A DNA stretch of 64,000 nucleotides from Candidatus Latescibacterota bacterium (GTDB lineage: Bacteria > Latescibacterota > UBA2968 > GCA-2709665): positions 1,600,001 to 1,664,000 of the forward strand of contig OZ244937.1 in the NCBI GenBank assembly GCA_965222075.1. Direction: 5' to 3'. The notes beneath the pieces were generated by a model. That model searched no databases and was not told the DNA's origin. It saw only the letters and a program-made list of their open reading frames with translations. Below, piece by piece: positions 18,036-28,947 of this stretch (the first letter of the stretch is position 1; every line of letters begins with the position of its first letter). A program made the translations under genes and the position numbers.

Positions 18036-21000
18036 TCACACGCCCAACACCGAAAGCGTCCCATCCGCCCCCCCCAGCATCAGATGCCCCCGGCCGTCGG
18101 CAGCCAGGGCGTGAACCGCGCCCTGTGCCCGGTGGCTGGCGACCAGCGCGCCCTCCCCGTCCAGAACCCACACGGTCCCACCCTCACACCCCGCGGCGAT
18201 CTTCGCATCCCCGTTCAAGTCACCGACCACCACCTGTTCCACGGGCGCCCTCAGGTTGCGCCGCCACCGCTCCGTACCGTTCTCATCCAGCAAATAGAGA
18301 TAGAAACAGTCCGACCCGACCACAACCTCCGGCCTGCTATCCCCATCCACGTCCACCACACAGACCGCGTTTACCTCCTCTCCCACCCGCTGCTTCCAGA
18401 GCGTCTCCAATCGATCGCCTTCCACCTTCAGCGCAAAGATATTCGACCGATTCGTGCCGCATACAATCAGGTGATCCGCCTCCTGTACCCACACGTCGCA
18501 CGCAGGCATCATCGACGCCCACCCATCCAGCCCGTTGCTTGCAGCCTGGCTGCCGTCGGCGTCCAGCACATAACAGGTCCCCCCGCAGGTGATCCGGCCC
18601 GGACCGCCGATCACCTCCTGCTTCCCATCCCCGTTGATATCCGCCACACGAAGCGGCGCAAAAATCCCGTAAATCATAAAAGACCACCGCTCGTTTCCAC
18701 CCTCGTCAAAACAGTGGAGCTTCCGGTCCGAGACCGCCGCTAAAATATCCATCCGGCCGTCTCCACGCAGGTCCGCCGCCGTTACGAACTCCACCGCGGA
18801 ATTCCGGGCGTATCGGTCCCACGTCCCTCTGTAAATCTCAAAAGCGCGTGACCACCGCACCGCGCCGCCTTCCTCCAGCAGATAGAGGCGCCGGTCGTCC
18901 GCGCCCACAATCACCGAGGGCCGGCCGTCCAGGTCCACCGCGCACACCGAAAGCACGCTCCCTTCCGCCTGGAAGGACCAGGCCGGCTTTCCGTTTTCGT
19001 CCAGAGCCACCACCCGTCCGTCCTCCGTACCCAGGACCACCCCATCCTCTCCGGCGGCAGCGCAGCGCACGCCCGAACCGGCATCGTAAGTCCAAACCCT
19101 GCGCAGCCTGGGAACAGACGCCGCCGACGCACGCTTCCGGGGGCCCGCCTCCCACGCCGGCAGGCCTGCAACCCCGTCCAGCGACAACACGCCCGCCCCG
19201 GCCTCCCGCGTCCGAACCTCCTGCCTTCCGGCCGCAACGCGCAACCGCTCCCCGCACAGCGTGATCTCACCAGGTTGCGATGCCACCACCACGCCCTCAC
19301 CCATCTCCGGATCAAACGCAATCGAAACAGGCTGCTCGCTTTCAAAAATCGCGCCTGCTGCGGACAGCGACGTCCCATTACACAGCGCAAACCACCCATC
19401 GCCGACCGCATAGACCTCGGCGCGGCCGGAAAGAGGTCCAACCTCAAACGCCGTGTTACCACCCCCGGTCCCCACCACCATCCGGCCTTCCGACCCCTCG
19501 ACCACCACGGCCGAATCACCCACTCGACGCATCCGGTCGTCCACGGGCTTCCGCTCGCTCGACGCATAGAACAGGTTGATAAACGTGTGCCGGTCTCCAA
19601 CCGCCATCTCCCGGTTCGCCGACTCGTGCAGAATATTCACATAATCATCCGCATAGGGATATGCGTCCCACCAGTGGCCGAAATTCTCCCAGTCCCGCTC
19701 CAGCGACAGCCGGCCTCCGCCCACACTCTGTAAAACAAACCGATCTTCCCGCCCGCTCTCCGGGTCTTGCTGCACGGCCTCCAGCGTCCCGTCCCTCAAG
19801 GTGGGAGTCCCCAATATGCGCCAGTGACACTGGAGGGCGAACGCGCCCGCCTTTGTCGCTTCCACCTCATCCACCACCACAAAACATCGCCCCTTACACC
19901 ACACCACATTCCGAACCCACAACGCACCCCAATCCCCTGCCACGGACGTCCGGCTTATGCCCACACGACCCAGATCCGCCACACCCTCCAACCGGCACAG
20001 CGCAGGTACTCTCCACGCCTCCCCATCCCGCACCGCCGTCACCCCATTGTGGTGCTTCAGCGTCGGCCCCTCCGTATACGACGCATCCACCAGGAAAATC
20101 CGGTCGTTCGCCGAAAACTCCGGGATCGTATTCCCGTCCTCGTGGCTGTGGTTGCCGTAGAAAATCCCGTGCAGCATCAGGTACTGGTCCTCCCGGTCGA
20201 ACCCCTCCCGGAAACAGACCGTATCGAACGCCTCTTCCCTTTGCAGGTTCAGCGGCTTCACCTCGCTCTTTCGCGCCTTCGGGTCTTCTGCGAAATCGTA
20301 GAACCCGCCAGCGACCTCCAGCGCCTGCACGCCGGTCATCTCCCTGGGCGTCTCGGGCGCCAGTCCGTCGTAGAAATACTTCTCAAAACTCCTCACCAAC
20401 AACGGATCGCTCACGGTCTCGTACCGCTCTCCCGACGGCTGGGGCCGAAAATAGTCCGAGGGTCTGTCGAACCGTTTGCGAAGCAGGAACTCCGCGCGCC
20501 CGTCCTGCAGCACATGCCCCGCCTTGACCAGGAAATGCGTCGGGTATCCATCCGTCGGAACGCCCGTATCTCCAAACGCCGGCAGTTCGCCCCGGTTGTT
20601 GCAGTAAAACACCGCCTGGTCCAAAGACCGTTTGCAGTTCCCGTTGTCGATATACGTCGTATCTCCGCTCGCCAGCGTGTAGGTCAACATGTGGTCCAGC
20701 GTCATCCACTGGTAAGCGTTGGCATCCTCGATCGGCTTGAACGACACCGCCTGCCCTTTGAACACATCCGCAGACGCAGCCATCCACTCCTTCCCTTCCT
20801 CAAAACCGTAGTGCGTTGAAAAATACCGCCCCCCGAACCACGCCGCCAGCGCCACCAGCGTCTGGTGGTTCTGCCGGATCATCCGGTGCCCCACACCCTG
20901 ACGGAAAAAACCGGTATACGCCCCCTCCTCGGAATCCATAATCCACAGCAGGTATTCCGTGATCTTCAGCCGATCCTCGTCCGAGAACACCGGGCTCTCC

Positions 21001-21773
21001 TCGATCAGGTCCCAGACCACCGCCAGCCACCAGACGTGAAAGTGCGCCATCACCCCGTACTCACCCATCCTCAGATGCGCCTCCGCGATTTCCCGAACGG
21101 CCGCTGCATACGCCTCGTGTCCGGTCCGGTGATACATCAACCCGTACGCGCCCGCCTCCGAAATCAGCTGATAGCCTGCGCCCGATTCGGAAGCGTGCGG
21201 CTCGGTCGCCCGCGCAATAAAGTCCTCCCGCCGCTCCTGCAACCATCCCTCCGGCGGGCAGCCGAAAGCGTCGAACTCGGAACCGGGCCGGATCTCCATC
21301 AACCACCCGAAGCTGAGCGTCTTTCTATCGGGCACAAGCGCCACAAAACGCGACACCACCCGCTCCAGCCCGGCTTCGTCGCTGGCCCCAAGCAGAACCA
21401 CGTTCTTCCCGTTCCCCAAAGGATTGTGCAACGTCCGCAGCGCGTACCCGCCCCTGCCGGGATAACAGCGGTCTTCCACCGCCCACCACTGGTAATACAG
21501 CCACCGCACAAAGGCGTTGTCAGCCATGTTCCCCAGCGCCACCACGTGCCCCTCCAGCAGCGTTCCGGCCGCCGTCTCCCCGGCCCGGACCACCTCCAGC
21601 CGCACCCCCGTCGCCGCCTCGACCCGCTCGACGATCCACCCTGCCAGCCGCTCGTGCGCCCCATCCCCGCCGATGACGATCTTGCCTTGAGGCTCACCGT
21701 TGACCACCAGTGCCGTCTCCAAACACATGTCTTTCAACACATCCACGTTCAGACCCACCGATCCGTTCACCAC
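18036..21773 (-). CDS. Large heparinase II/III-like protein with C-terminal FG-GAP/PQQ beta-propeller (paralog of 14308-17985)
   Basis: QNHQT, PAFGDT, FREGF, HSHEDGNTI, HHNGV; DINGDG repeats; RBS GAGGAGG before GTG. Confidence 0.7.
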   Translation of the reverse strand: MVNGSVGLNVDVLKDMCLETALVVNGEPQGKIVIGGDGAHERLAGWIVERVEAATGVRLEVVRAGETAAGTLLEGHVVALGNMADNAFVRWLYYQWWAVEDRCYPGRGGYALRTLHNPLGNGKNVVLLGASDEAGLERVVSRFVALVPDRKTLSFGWLMEIRPGSEFDAFGCPPEGWLQERREDFIARATEPHASESGAGYQLISEAGAYGLMYHRTGHEAYAAAVREIAEAHLRMGEYGVMAHFHVWWLAVVWDLIEESPVFSDEDRLKITEYLLWIMDSEEGAYTGFFRQGVGHRMIRQNHQTLVALAAWFGGRYFSTHYGFEEGKEWMAASADVFKGQAVSFKPIEDANAYQWMTLDHMLTYTLASGDTTYIDNGNCKRSLDQAVFYCNNRGELPAFGDTGVPTDGYPTHFLVKAGHVLQDGRAEFLLRKRFDRPSDYFRPQPSGERYETVSDPLLVRSFEKYFYDGLAPETPREMTGVQALEVAGGFYDFAEDPKARKSEVKPLNLQREEAFDTVCFREGFDREDQYLMLHGIFYGNHSHEDGNTIPEFSANDRIFLVDASYTEGPTLKHHNGVTAVRDGEAWRVPALCRLEGVADLGRVGISRTSVAGDWGALWVRNVVWCKGRCFVVVDEVEATKAGAFALQCHWRILGTPTLRDGTLEAVQQDPESGREDRFVLQSVGGGRLSLERDWENFGHWWDAYPYADDYVNILHESANREMAVGDRHTFINLFYASSERKPVDDRMRRVGDSAVVVEGSEGRMVVGTGGGNTAFEVGPLSGRAEVYAVGDGWFALCNGTSLSAAGAIFESEQPVSIAFDPEMGEGVVVASQPGEITLCGERLRVAAGRQEVRTREAGAGVLSLDGVAGLPAWEAGPRKRASAASVPRLRRVWTYDAGSGVRCAAAGEDGVVLGTEDGRVVALDENGKPAWSFQAEGSVLSVCAVDLDGRPSVIVGADDRRLYLLEEGGAVRWSRAFEIYRGTWDRYARNSAVEFVTAADLRGDGRMDILAAVSDRKLHCFDEGGNERWSFMIYGIFAPLRVADINGDGKQEVIGGPGRITCGGTCYVLDADGSQAASNGLDGWASMMPACDVWVQEADHLIVCGTNRSNIFALKVEGDRLETLWKQRVGEEVNAVCVVDVDGDSRPEVVVGSDCFYLYLLDENGTERWRRNLRAPVEQVVVGDLNGDAKIAAGCEGGTVWVLDGEGALVASHRAQGAVHALAADGRGHLMLGGADGTLSVLGV

Positions 21774-21798
21774 GGCCACCTCCTCTTTAAGACAGCCT

Positions 21799-23172
21799 CT
21801 AAAGATCGCTCCGCCAATACGGATTATACACCTCTCCGGGATACGTCGAATGCACCAGCTCGTAGATCCCCCCTCCCCAGCGGTCCCGAAAGATAAACGT
21901 ATACTCTCCCTTCTTCTGGTAGAGCCAGACTTCATACGGTTTCTGACCGGCGGCAGACGTATGGTAATCGATATCGTCCGGCGGTCCATATTTGATATAG
22001 ACCCGTCCCTTATCCGTATCGGACCCCTGCTGGCGACGCCTCGCTACGAAACGGTTCTCCGCATGGCTCATCCGGAGCATGTGTTCCAGGAGGCGCTCGT
22101 TGGTCGGCGTGCCCGGTGTAGGATCGATGTTTTTCCAGAAGTGCCTCAAAAACTTCACCTTCGACGGCCAGTCCTGCAGGTCTTTGTAGGCCTTGAACAC
22201 CTTCTCCTCGGCAATATACCTGATATCCGTGTAGTATCGCAGCAGGTCTCTTTGAACCTGTGAGAACGGCTCTGTCTGTTCCCGGAAAGCCAGGAACAGG
22301 GACCGCCGCGTACGGACGTACTCCCGGCTGCCGCCGTCGAAGGCCTCAATCTGGAAGTGGTAACGCCCCTCCGGCAGTCCTTCGGTCTCTAAGATATCCG
22401 TCTTGACGCAGCTCTCGCCGGGTTTCAGAACACGCTTGGCAATAAACGTCTTCGCCTTCCGGCCGGTTGAATCCACCAGGCTGTACCCCAGGATAAAGCT
22501 GTCTTCGGAACGTTCGGGTTCTACGGTGAAATTGTAGAGTTCAAAATAGATCGACAGCGGTTTCCCGGAAAGAAAGTGTCGGGTGATATTGGGCGTCACC
22601 TTCCAACCCTGCTTGACAAACCGGTCCACCTCTCCACTGCGCGCCACCCTCGAGGCAAACTGGATATCGCTGAATATCAGTCCCTTTTTTTCAAAATCGC
22701 GCGCCTCTATCACCGTCTCGCACGTTCCTGTTTTGCCGCTGCCGGTATCCTTGATCGTAACGGTCGTCCGATAGCTGCCCGGCAGCAGATCGAATCCGAC
22801 CACATCCCTGTACGGGGCGCTGACCCGCGTCAGAATATCCAGACTGTCGACCGAAACGCGGCGGGTCAGCGTCCAATCTTCAACGGGCGATCCACCCATA
22901 TCGGTCAGATTGACCGTCAGTTCCATCTTCCCCACAGGCGCTTTGTCCCTGGAAGCAAACCAGAGCTGCTGCGCGTCGGTCAGAATGTAGATCTCATACC
23001 GGGTGCGCCCTTCGGGTCCGCGGAACCCGGCGGAATCGATGAAAAATTGCAGCTCACCCTTGCTCGCGATGGGCATGTCGTCGGCCTCCTGGCCAAACCC
23101 CGGCTGCGCCCACACAGACCCCCAGGCAGCCGCCAGGATGATCCAGAAGAGAGACCTTGAGGACGTTATCAT
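21799..23172 (-). CDS. GWxTD-domain protein
   Basis: FWKNIDPTPGTPTNE..EH..R, GSDTDKGRVYIKYGPPD; signal peptide. Confidence 0.85.
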   Translation of the reverse strand: MITSSRSLFWIILAAAWGSVWAQPGFGQEADDMPIASKGELQFFIDSAGFRGPEGRTRYEIYILTDAQQLWFASRDKAPVGKMELTVNLTDMGGSPVEDWTLTRRVSVDSLDILTRVSAPYRDVVGFDLLPGSYRTTVTIKDTGSGKTGTCETVIEARDFEKKGLIFSDIQFASRVARSGEVDRFVKQGWKVTPNITRHFLSGKPLSIYFELYNFTVEPERSEDSFILGYSLVDSTGRKAKTFIAKRVLKPGESCVKTDILETEGLPEGRYHFQIEAFDGGSREYVRTRRSLFLAFREQTEPFSQVQRDLLRYYTDIRYIAEEKVFKAYKDLQDWPSKVKFLRHFWKNIDPTPGTPTNERLLEHMLRMSHAENRFVARRRQQGSDTDKGRVYIKYGPPDDIDYHTSAAGQKPYEVWLYQKKGEYTFIFRDRWGGGIYELVHSTYPGEVYNPYWRSDL

Positions 23173-23244
23173 ATCTCACCACCTCCTGTCGCTATAGCTG
23201 GCGTCGGCATTGCCCCGGAAGTACACGAGTTGCTCGTCTTCAAA

Positions 23245-23366
23245 GCTATGCTCAATCGCCCCCAGTGAATTGTGGGAACGCATAATCTGAGAGGCGTCCG
23301 AGAGCGCTATGCTCAATCGCCCCCAGTGAATTGTGGGAACGCATAATCTGAGAGGCGTCCGAGAGC
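23245..23366. repeat. 61-bp perfect tandem duplication (frameshifting)
   Basis: GCTATGCTCAATCG...CCGAGAGC at 23245 and 23306. Confidence 0.9.
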
Positions 23367-24411
23367 GTGACGCAGTTGTGCGACCTGGTGTGCCAGACCC
23401 AGTGGACGTGGTGATCGGAGCCGTAGCCGACGTAATAACCGCTTGGCATCGCCATAACCTTACCGCCCGCATGGAGGATAAAATCGTTGTTATTTGCGTG
23501 GGAATGGCTGACTGCGCCCAGCGGGGAAGAGCGGAAAATCAGGGCAATATCGCGTGCGGGATCGCCCAGGTGGGTCCGCACGGCGGCCCACCCCGCAGCC
23601 GGAAAAACGCGCAAGATCGGATCTTTCCCATTCGGCCCGGAGCTTTTCTTTGCAGGCAGAGCAAGGTAGAGCTGAGATGAAGCGCCCGGCATTTTTCGCT
23701 GCGCCGGCGTTTCCAACCGGGCGGCTTCCTCACGGAGCGCGTCTACATAGTGCGCAAATTCACCCGTCTCCGACTCCCGCCCGATCAGGTCCACAAGATC
23801 TGCGTTGGACCGCCAGGTGCTGGCCCACCGCTCGGTGTGATCGCCAAACCCCATCCACTCGGCATAGGGCGGCAGGCAGTACTGTCGCCACTGGGCGTGG
23901 TTTTTCCAGAACGCCCGCCTGTACAGGTCCACGCCCGCGCCCTGATTCAACGCGGTGGCGAACATCGTCATAATTCCCACATAAGCCAGCCCGTAAGACG
24001 GCCCCTCCGCCCAGGCGCCGTCGTCCCCCGCCCAGATCGGCCATATCCCGCACAGAACCGGACGCAACCACTCCAGCCACGTTCCCGCTTCGGGAATCTC
24101 CTCGTGAAATACGAAGGCGATATGCGCCAGAAACACGATCTCCCGACCGGCGTGCGAATCGAACCGCGTCACCCCGTAAGATCCGCGGTTGTGCATATAG
24201 TCGTACGTGATCTGCCCCCGCCGCCTGAACTGTTCCACCACCACCTTGCGTTCTTCGTCCGTGAACCGGTCCCACACCCAGTCACACGCGTTCGACCCGT
24301 TCCAGATCACCGACATGTGCGCCTCGTCGTTGTGGGCCAGGTGGCTCGACCCTTCCGGGTCCCAGCGTGAAATGGAGGCCATGCGCCGGCACGCAGCCCG
24401 CGCATACGCCG

Positions 24412-24603
24412 TCTCAGGCAGGTAGAGAGAATCTTCAAGCCCGTCCACATTCAAGCAGACATCGGCAAATGCCGACTCGCTTGCCCGCGGCATCCCGCGC
24501 AACTCGGCCGATCCCGCGGACCACTTCCAGAAGTACCGCTCTCAGGCAGGTAGAGAGAATCTTCAAGCCCGTCCACATTCAAGCAGACATCGGCAAATGC
24601 CGA
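24412..24603. repeat. 64-bp direct repeat (24412-24475 and 24540-24603)
   Basis: TCTCAGGCAGGTAGAG...AAATGCCGA occurs twice. Confidence 0.9.
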
Positions 24604-24882
24604 ATCCCGCGCAACCTGAAGGCGAAAACCCGCTTCGCTGTCCACCGGTTTCCACGCAAAAACGGGTGGATTCGTCCCCGGCCTGGACGCGTGTCGCGGC
24701 TGCCGGGGGTCCACATGCGGATGAGGGTGTCTGTGTTCTTTCATAGGGTTCCCCTTCGTATAGGGCGACGGATGGTGTGCTCTCCCTCTTTTTTTGACCC
24801 CCAGGGGTCTGTGTACAAAATCGGCCGGTGAAAATTCACCGACCGACTTGCTGTGTATCCCCCCCGCACGAACGCCTGAGTC

Positions 24883-25360
24883 TCACTCGCCGTAGCGAAA
24901 ACGGATCTCGCCGGTCGCGGTCTGGCCGCTGACCTGGTCCTCAACCGTGACCTTCAGGAGTTGCACCCCGCGTTTGGCCGTGCTCAGATCGAGCTCGAAA
25001 TATTCCTGATAGTAGGCGTAGACCTTCTGCTGCTCCGTATAGGTCCGGCTGGGCATCGGCACAATCCAGGCATCGCCCTTTTTGAACCTGTCGCCGTACC
25101 CCATATCCTGTATGGACGAAGCAAGCTCAATATCGCTGAGCTGGAGCGCATCGGGTCCGAAGTCCCTGACCTCCAGGGCCTGCTTGTAAAGCCCGGTGTG
25201 CCCCGACAGCTCGTCGTTGAGCTGGATCTGGAGTTCATACTTGCCCGGAGGCAGCTCTTGATCAGCTCGGGCAGAAATGCGCCCTTGACCCTGTTGAAGT
25301 TATCAATATCCTGGTAGATAAACTCCTTGTTGTCCCGGTAGATCGTCGTGTGGTCTTCAT
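24883..25360 (-). pseudogene. C-terminal remnant of a GWxTD/TPR paralog of 44104-46599
   Basis: KGAFLPEL, VPMPSRTY, QEYFELDLS, EIRFRYGE match the C-terminus of the 44 kb gene. Confidence 0.8.
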
Positions 25361-25382
25361 CGAGACCTCCTCACGTTTGAAA

Positions 25383-25416
25383 CCTGCCTGCGCCGCTGCC
25401 GTTCCCGGCAGGCAGG
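25383..25416. repeat. 34-bp hairpin insertion element
   Basis: CCTGCCTGCGCCGCTGCCGTTCCCGGCAGGCAGG at AA^TC, intergenic. Confidence 0.75.
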
Positions 25417-25451
25417 TCGGGTGTCTGCATCGGGCGAACACGGATACGCCC

Positions 25452-27212
25452 CTACTCCTGAGCCTTAAACGGCACGCTGTCCACGATCCCCTCCCCTTCC
25501 CGCACGGTCACCGTCTGGCCGGCCGCAACGCCTTTGAACCGCTCGACGCGGCCGCCGGGCCAGACCACCTCCACCTCGTCCGCCGCCGCCCGTTCGCCCA
25601 GCCCGAAGGTCGCCACCAGCTCGTTTTGCGAGCAGTAGCTCGACCCCGCCTTCAGAAACCGCGTCTGCAGGATCGAACCCGCCCGCAGCTTCACCTCCGT
25701 TCCGATCCCGCTCCGGTTGCTCTGCGTGCCCACAACCCGCACCCGGAGCGCGCGGTTGCGGTTTCCCCCCTCGTTGCGAAACAGCGCCGGACGACCGTTG
25801 TTGGTGGATACGAGAACATCCAGGTCTCCGTCTCCGTCATAGTCCGCATAGGCCGCGCCCCGCCCCACCAGGGGACGCCTCAGATCGCCGGCGGACTGCC
25901 CCACCTCTACGAAGCGGCCGTCTCCACGGTTGTGGAACAGCAGGGGACGCTGCGCATAGGTCATATGGGGCTTGACCCGCTGGATCTCGCTCTCCACGTG
26001 CCCGGTTGCCGCAAAAAGATCCAGGCGGCCGTCCAGGTCGTAGTCGAAAAAACAGACCCCGAACGTCACAAAAGGGGAACTCGGCCGCCCGACCCCGGAC
26101 GGCACGGTCCGGTCCGTAAAGGCGCCCTCTGCCTCGTTCCGAAACAGCGAGATCATCTCATAGGCGAAATTTCCAACCGCCAGGTCGGGCCGCCCGGTAT
26201 TGCGCGCATCCGCTGCATCCACGCCCATCCCGGACTTGGCCGTACCATCGGCGCCAAACGCCACCCCGGCCAGGATGCCCTCCTCCGTAAACGTCCCGTC
26301 TCCCTGGTTCCGGTACAGAAAGTCCGGCATGGTATCGTTGGACATCAGAATATCCGGCCACCCGTCCCTGTCGTAATCCAGGGCCACCGCCGACATCCCC
26401 TTGCCCGGCTTCCCATAAACCCCGGCCGCCTCCGAGACATCCGTAAACCGCGCGCCGTCGTTTCGGTAGAGGCGGGGATATTCGGCCTCATACAGCTGCG
26501 GCGCGTAGGGCCGGTGCCCCGTCTCCGCATCCAGCCAGGCGTCCCGCTCCGCCGTCCACTTCAGGTAATTGCCAACAAACAGGTCCAGGTCCCCGTCCCG
26601 GTCGTAATCCAGCCAGACCGCGCACACGCTCCAGGCGGCGTCTCCCACGCCCATCTCCCCGGTCACATCTGCAAACGTCCCATCCCCGCCGTTCCGGAAG
26701 AGGTGGTTGGGCCCCAGGCAGGCCAGGTAAACATCCTCATCGCCGTCGTTGTCAAAATCCCCCACAGCGCACCCCATCCCGTACATCTCCACCTGCAGCC
26801 CGGCCTGCCGGGTCACATCCGCAAACGTCCCGTCCCCACCGTTTCGGTAGAGGGCCATCGTGACCCGGCGGCCGGCCTTCTGCTCGGGCCACGCCATATT
26901 GTTGACCAGGAGGATATCCGGGTCTCCATCGCCATCGTAATCCAAAAAGCCGCAGCCCGATCCCATTGTCTCGGGCATGTATCCCCTGCCGAATCCCCCG
27001 TTGCTGTGCCGAAATTCGATCCCGGCCTGCCGGGTCACATCCGTAAACCTTACCCGGTCGCCGGATATTCGATCTTCCTGAGCGATGCCCTCCCCCAGAG
27101 CAACCAGGGCAGCGACGATCGTACACCCATAAATATACCAAATTCTGTTTTGAAGGGGAACGCAACTTTTCAATTTGCAATGGATCATTTGCAATTCCCC
27201 AACCTTCCACAC
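25452..27212 (-). CDS. CRTAC1/ASPIC-UnbV family FG-GAP repeat protein
   Basis: ETMGSGCGFLDYDGDG, SGMGVD, GRGAAYADYDGDGDLD, GSSYCSQ. Confidence 0.9.
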   Translation of the reverse strand: MWKVGELQMIHCKLKSCVPLQNRIWYIYGCTIVAALVALGEGIAQEDRISGDRVRFTDVTRQAGIEFRHSNGGFGRGYMPETMGSGCGFLDYDGDGDPDILLVNNMAWPEQKAGRRVTMALYRNGGDGTFADVTRQAGLQVEMYGMGCAVGDFDNDGDEDVYLACLGPNHLFRNGGDGTFADVTGEMGVGDAAWSVCAVWLDYDRDGDLDLFVGNYLKWTAERDAWLDAETGHRPYAPQLYEAEYPRLYRNDGARFTDVSEAAGVYGKPGKGMSAVALDYDRDGWPDILMSNDTMPDFLYRNQGDGTFTEEGILAGVAFGADGTAKSGMGVDAADARNTGRPDLAVGNFAYEMISLFRNEAEGAFTDRTVPSGVGRPSSPFVTFGVCFFDYDLDGRLDLFAATGHVESEIQRVKPHMTYAQRPLLFHNRGDGRFVEVGQSAGDLRRPLVGRGAAYADYDGDGDLDVLVSTNNGRPALFRNEGGNRNRALRVRVVGTQSNRSGIGTEVKLRAGSILQTRFLKAGSSYCSQNELVATFGLGERAAADEVEVVWPGGRVERFKGVAAGQTVTVREGEGIVDSVPFKAQE

Positions 27213-27214
27213 CC

Positions 27215-28390
27215 CTACCGATTCGCCCCCTGCCCCACCAACCGGTCCAGCCGGGCCCTGGCTTCAGGAATCCAGCCCTTTTGAGCCGGATCACCCTCGG
27301 CCAGCTTCAGATACGCCTGCCAGTGGACAACCGCCCGGTTTGTATCTCCGATCCGTTCGTAGAGAATGGCCAGGTTGTAATGCGCATCCGCAAAGTCGGG
27401 CGCGATGCCCAGCACCTGCTCGTACTCGGCCCTCGCCGCTGCATAATCCCTCAGATTGAAGTAAGCGTTTGCCAACCCCGAGCGCCGCGTGGCGCGCTGA
27501 TGCCTGGCAACCCTTTGGGTGTATGCGCCCTGATGGGCATCCACCCCTGCCACAACAGAATCGGGAGGCGCGTCGTCCGGCTTCAGCCGAATCGCCTCCC
27601 GGTATGCAGGCGCGGCTTCCGCATATCTGCCCTGCCGGACGTAGACATTGCCCAGATTGTAGTGGGCCTCGGCAAGATCCGGCTTCAGCCGAATCGCCTC
27701 CTGCTGCTCCGCGACCGCCCTGGCGTAATTTCCGATGAGCATGTACACCAGCCCCAGGTTGGCGTGCGCCTCGGCAAAATCGGGCATCAACCGCACGGCC
27801 GAGCGGTACGCGGAAAGCGCTTCTTTCACCTTTTTCCGTTCCAGATACTGCGTGCCCCGCGCCACGTGCCTGGCAGCCGTCTGACAGTCTGAAACCACCC
27901 GTAGAAAAAGCGCCTTAAGCGACCCCGCTTCTGCGAAGGCGGGGCCGTGCCGGGCGGCCGCACGGTAGTTCGCCAGCGCCGCCGAATACCTCCGCCTGCG
28001 CGCGTCCATCAGGCCCATCAAATAGCGCGCAGCGGCAAAATCCGGCGCCTCGTCCAGTGCCTCCTGCAGGCGAGCCACAATCCGGCCAAGCGCCTCCTGG
28101 GTCAAAACAGCCCCCCCGGCCCCCTCTCCCCGGTTCTTCGCCAGCGCCGCCGCTGCCTCGGCATAGGGCCGGTAAGCCACAAAAGGGGGCGCCACGCCCA
28201 GCAGGTCCACCCCGCCCCCCAGGTCAACCCCCAGCGCTTCAGACAACCGCCGGGCCACGCTATCCTCCAGCGCAACCCCCTCCAACCGGCCCACTGCCAA
28301 AAGGTCCGGAGGGGCAATCCCGCCTATCAGCAGTACCCAGAACCACAGAACACCCCGCGCCAAAGCGGGAAAAAGGCGAAATTGCTCCAT
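27215..28390 (-). CDS. Tetratricopeptide repeat protein
   Basis: Repeated AEAHYNLG..Y / AIRLKPD. Confidence 0.85.
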   Translation of the reverse strand: MEQFRLFPALARGVLWFWVLLIGGIAPPDLLAVGRLEGVALEDSVARRLSEALGVDLGGGVDLLGVAPPFVAYRPYAEAAAALAKNRGEGAGGAVLTQEALGRIVARLQEALDEAPDFAAARYLMGLMDARRRRYSAALANYRAAARHGPAFAEAGSLKALFLRVVSDCQTAARHVARGTQYLERKKVKEALSAYRSAVRLMPDFAEAHANLGLVYMLIGNYARAVAEQQEAIRLKPDLAEAHYNLGNVYVRQGRYAEAAPAYREAIRLKPDDAPPDSVVAGVDAHQGAYTQRVARHQRATRRSGLANAYFNLRDYAAARAEYEQVLGIAPDFADAHYNLAILYERIGDTNRAVVHWQAYLKLAEGDPAQKGWIPEARARLDRLVGQGANR

Positions 28391-28401
28391 GCTGTATTTT
28401 T

Positions 28402-28947
28402 TTATCGCGCATTCCTGGCGCAGCGGATCCCCCAACCGTCCGTGGCGCCCCTGGGGTCCGTCCAGTTGCGGTAGGTGATGCTCAGCCTGTTCGGGGTCTG
28501 GTGCGCCGCAGTGCGCCAGGAGCCCCCGCGTATCACCCGAAACTTACCTTCCTCAGGGCCGGTGGGGTTGACGGTGCCGCCCACCTTGTAGTAGCCCTCA
28601 TCGTAATAGTCCGCGCACCACTCCCACACGTTGCCCACCAGGTCCATCGCCCCGTAAAAGCTCACCCCTTCAGGGTAGTTTCCCACCGGCGCCAGGGTAT
28701 TGTCATATCCGTCATTTCCGTCCCGGTAATTGGCCCGCGCACCGTTGATCCCCTTGTTCCAGGGATACGGCTCCCACGCCTCGTCGCCCCGGGCGGCCTT
28801 CTCCCATTCCGCCTCCGTGGGCAGCCGGGTCCCCCGCCACTTGCAGTAAGCCTCCGCGTCGGACCAGTTCACCCCCACAACCGGAAAATTCGGCTTCGTC
28901 TGCGCCCGCTGTGGCCAGTCCCCGATGCCGTCTTTAGACCCGCGCAT
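28402..28947 (-). CDS. Formylglycine-generating enzyme (FGE-sulfatase) domain protein, probably 5'-truncated
   Basis: [32 protein letters not shown]. Confidence 0.8.
   Translation of the reverse strand: MRGSKDGIGDWPQRAQTKPNFPVVGVNWSDAEAYCKWRGTRLPTEAEWEKAARGDEAWEPYPWNKGINGARANYRDGNDGYDNTLAPVGNYPEGVSFYGAMDLVGNVWEWCADYYDEGYYKVGGTVNPTGPEEGKFRVIRGGSWRTAAHQTPNRLSITYRNWTDPRGATDGWGIRCARNAR

Larger units (their letters stand above)
23176..24744 (-). pseudogene. DUF4962/heparinase II/III-like protein, rearranged and truncated
   Basis: NPPVFAW, WAEGPSY, FRSSPLGAVSHSHANNN, HNC motifs; internal duplications and deletions. Confidence 0.7.
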
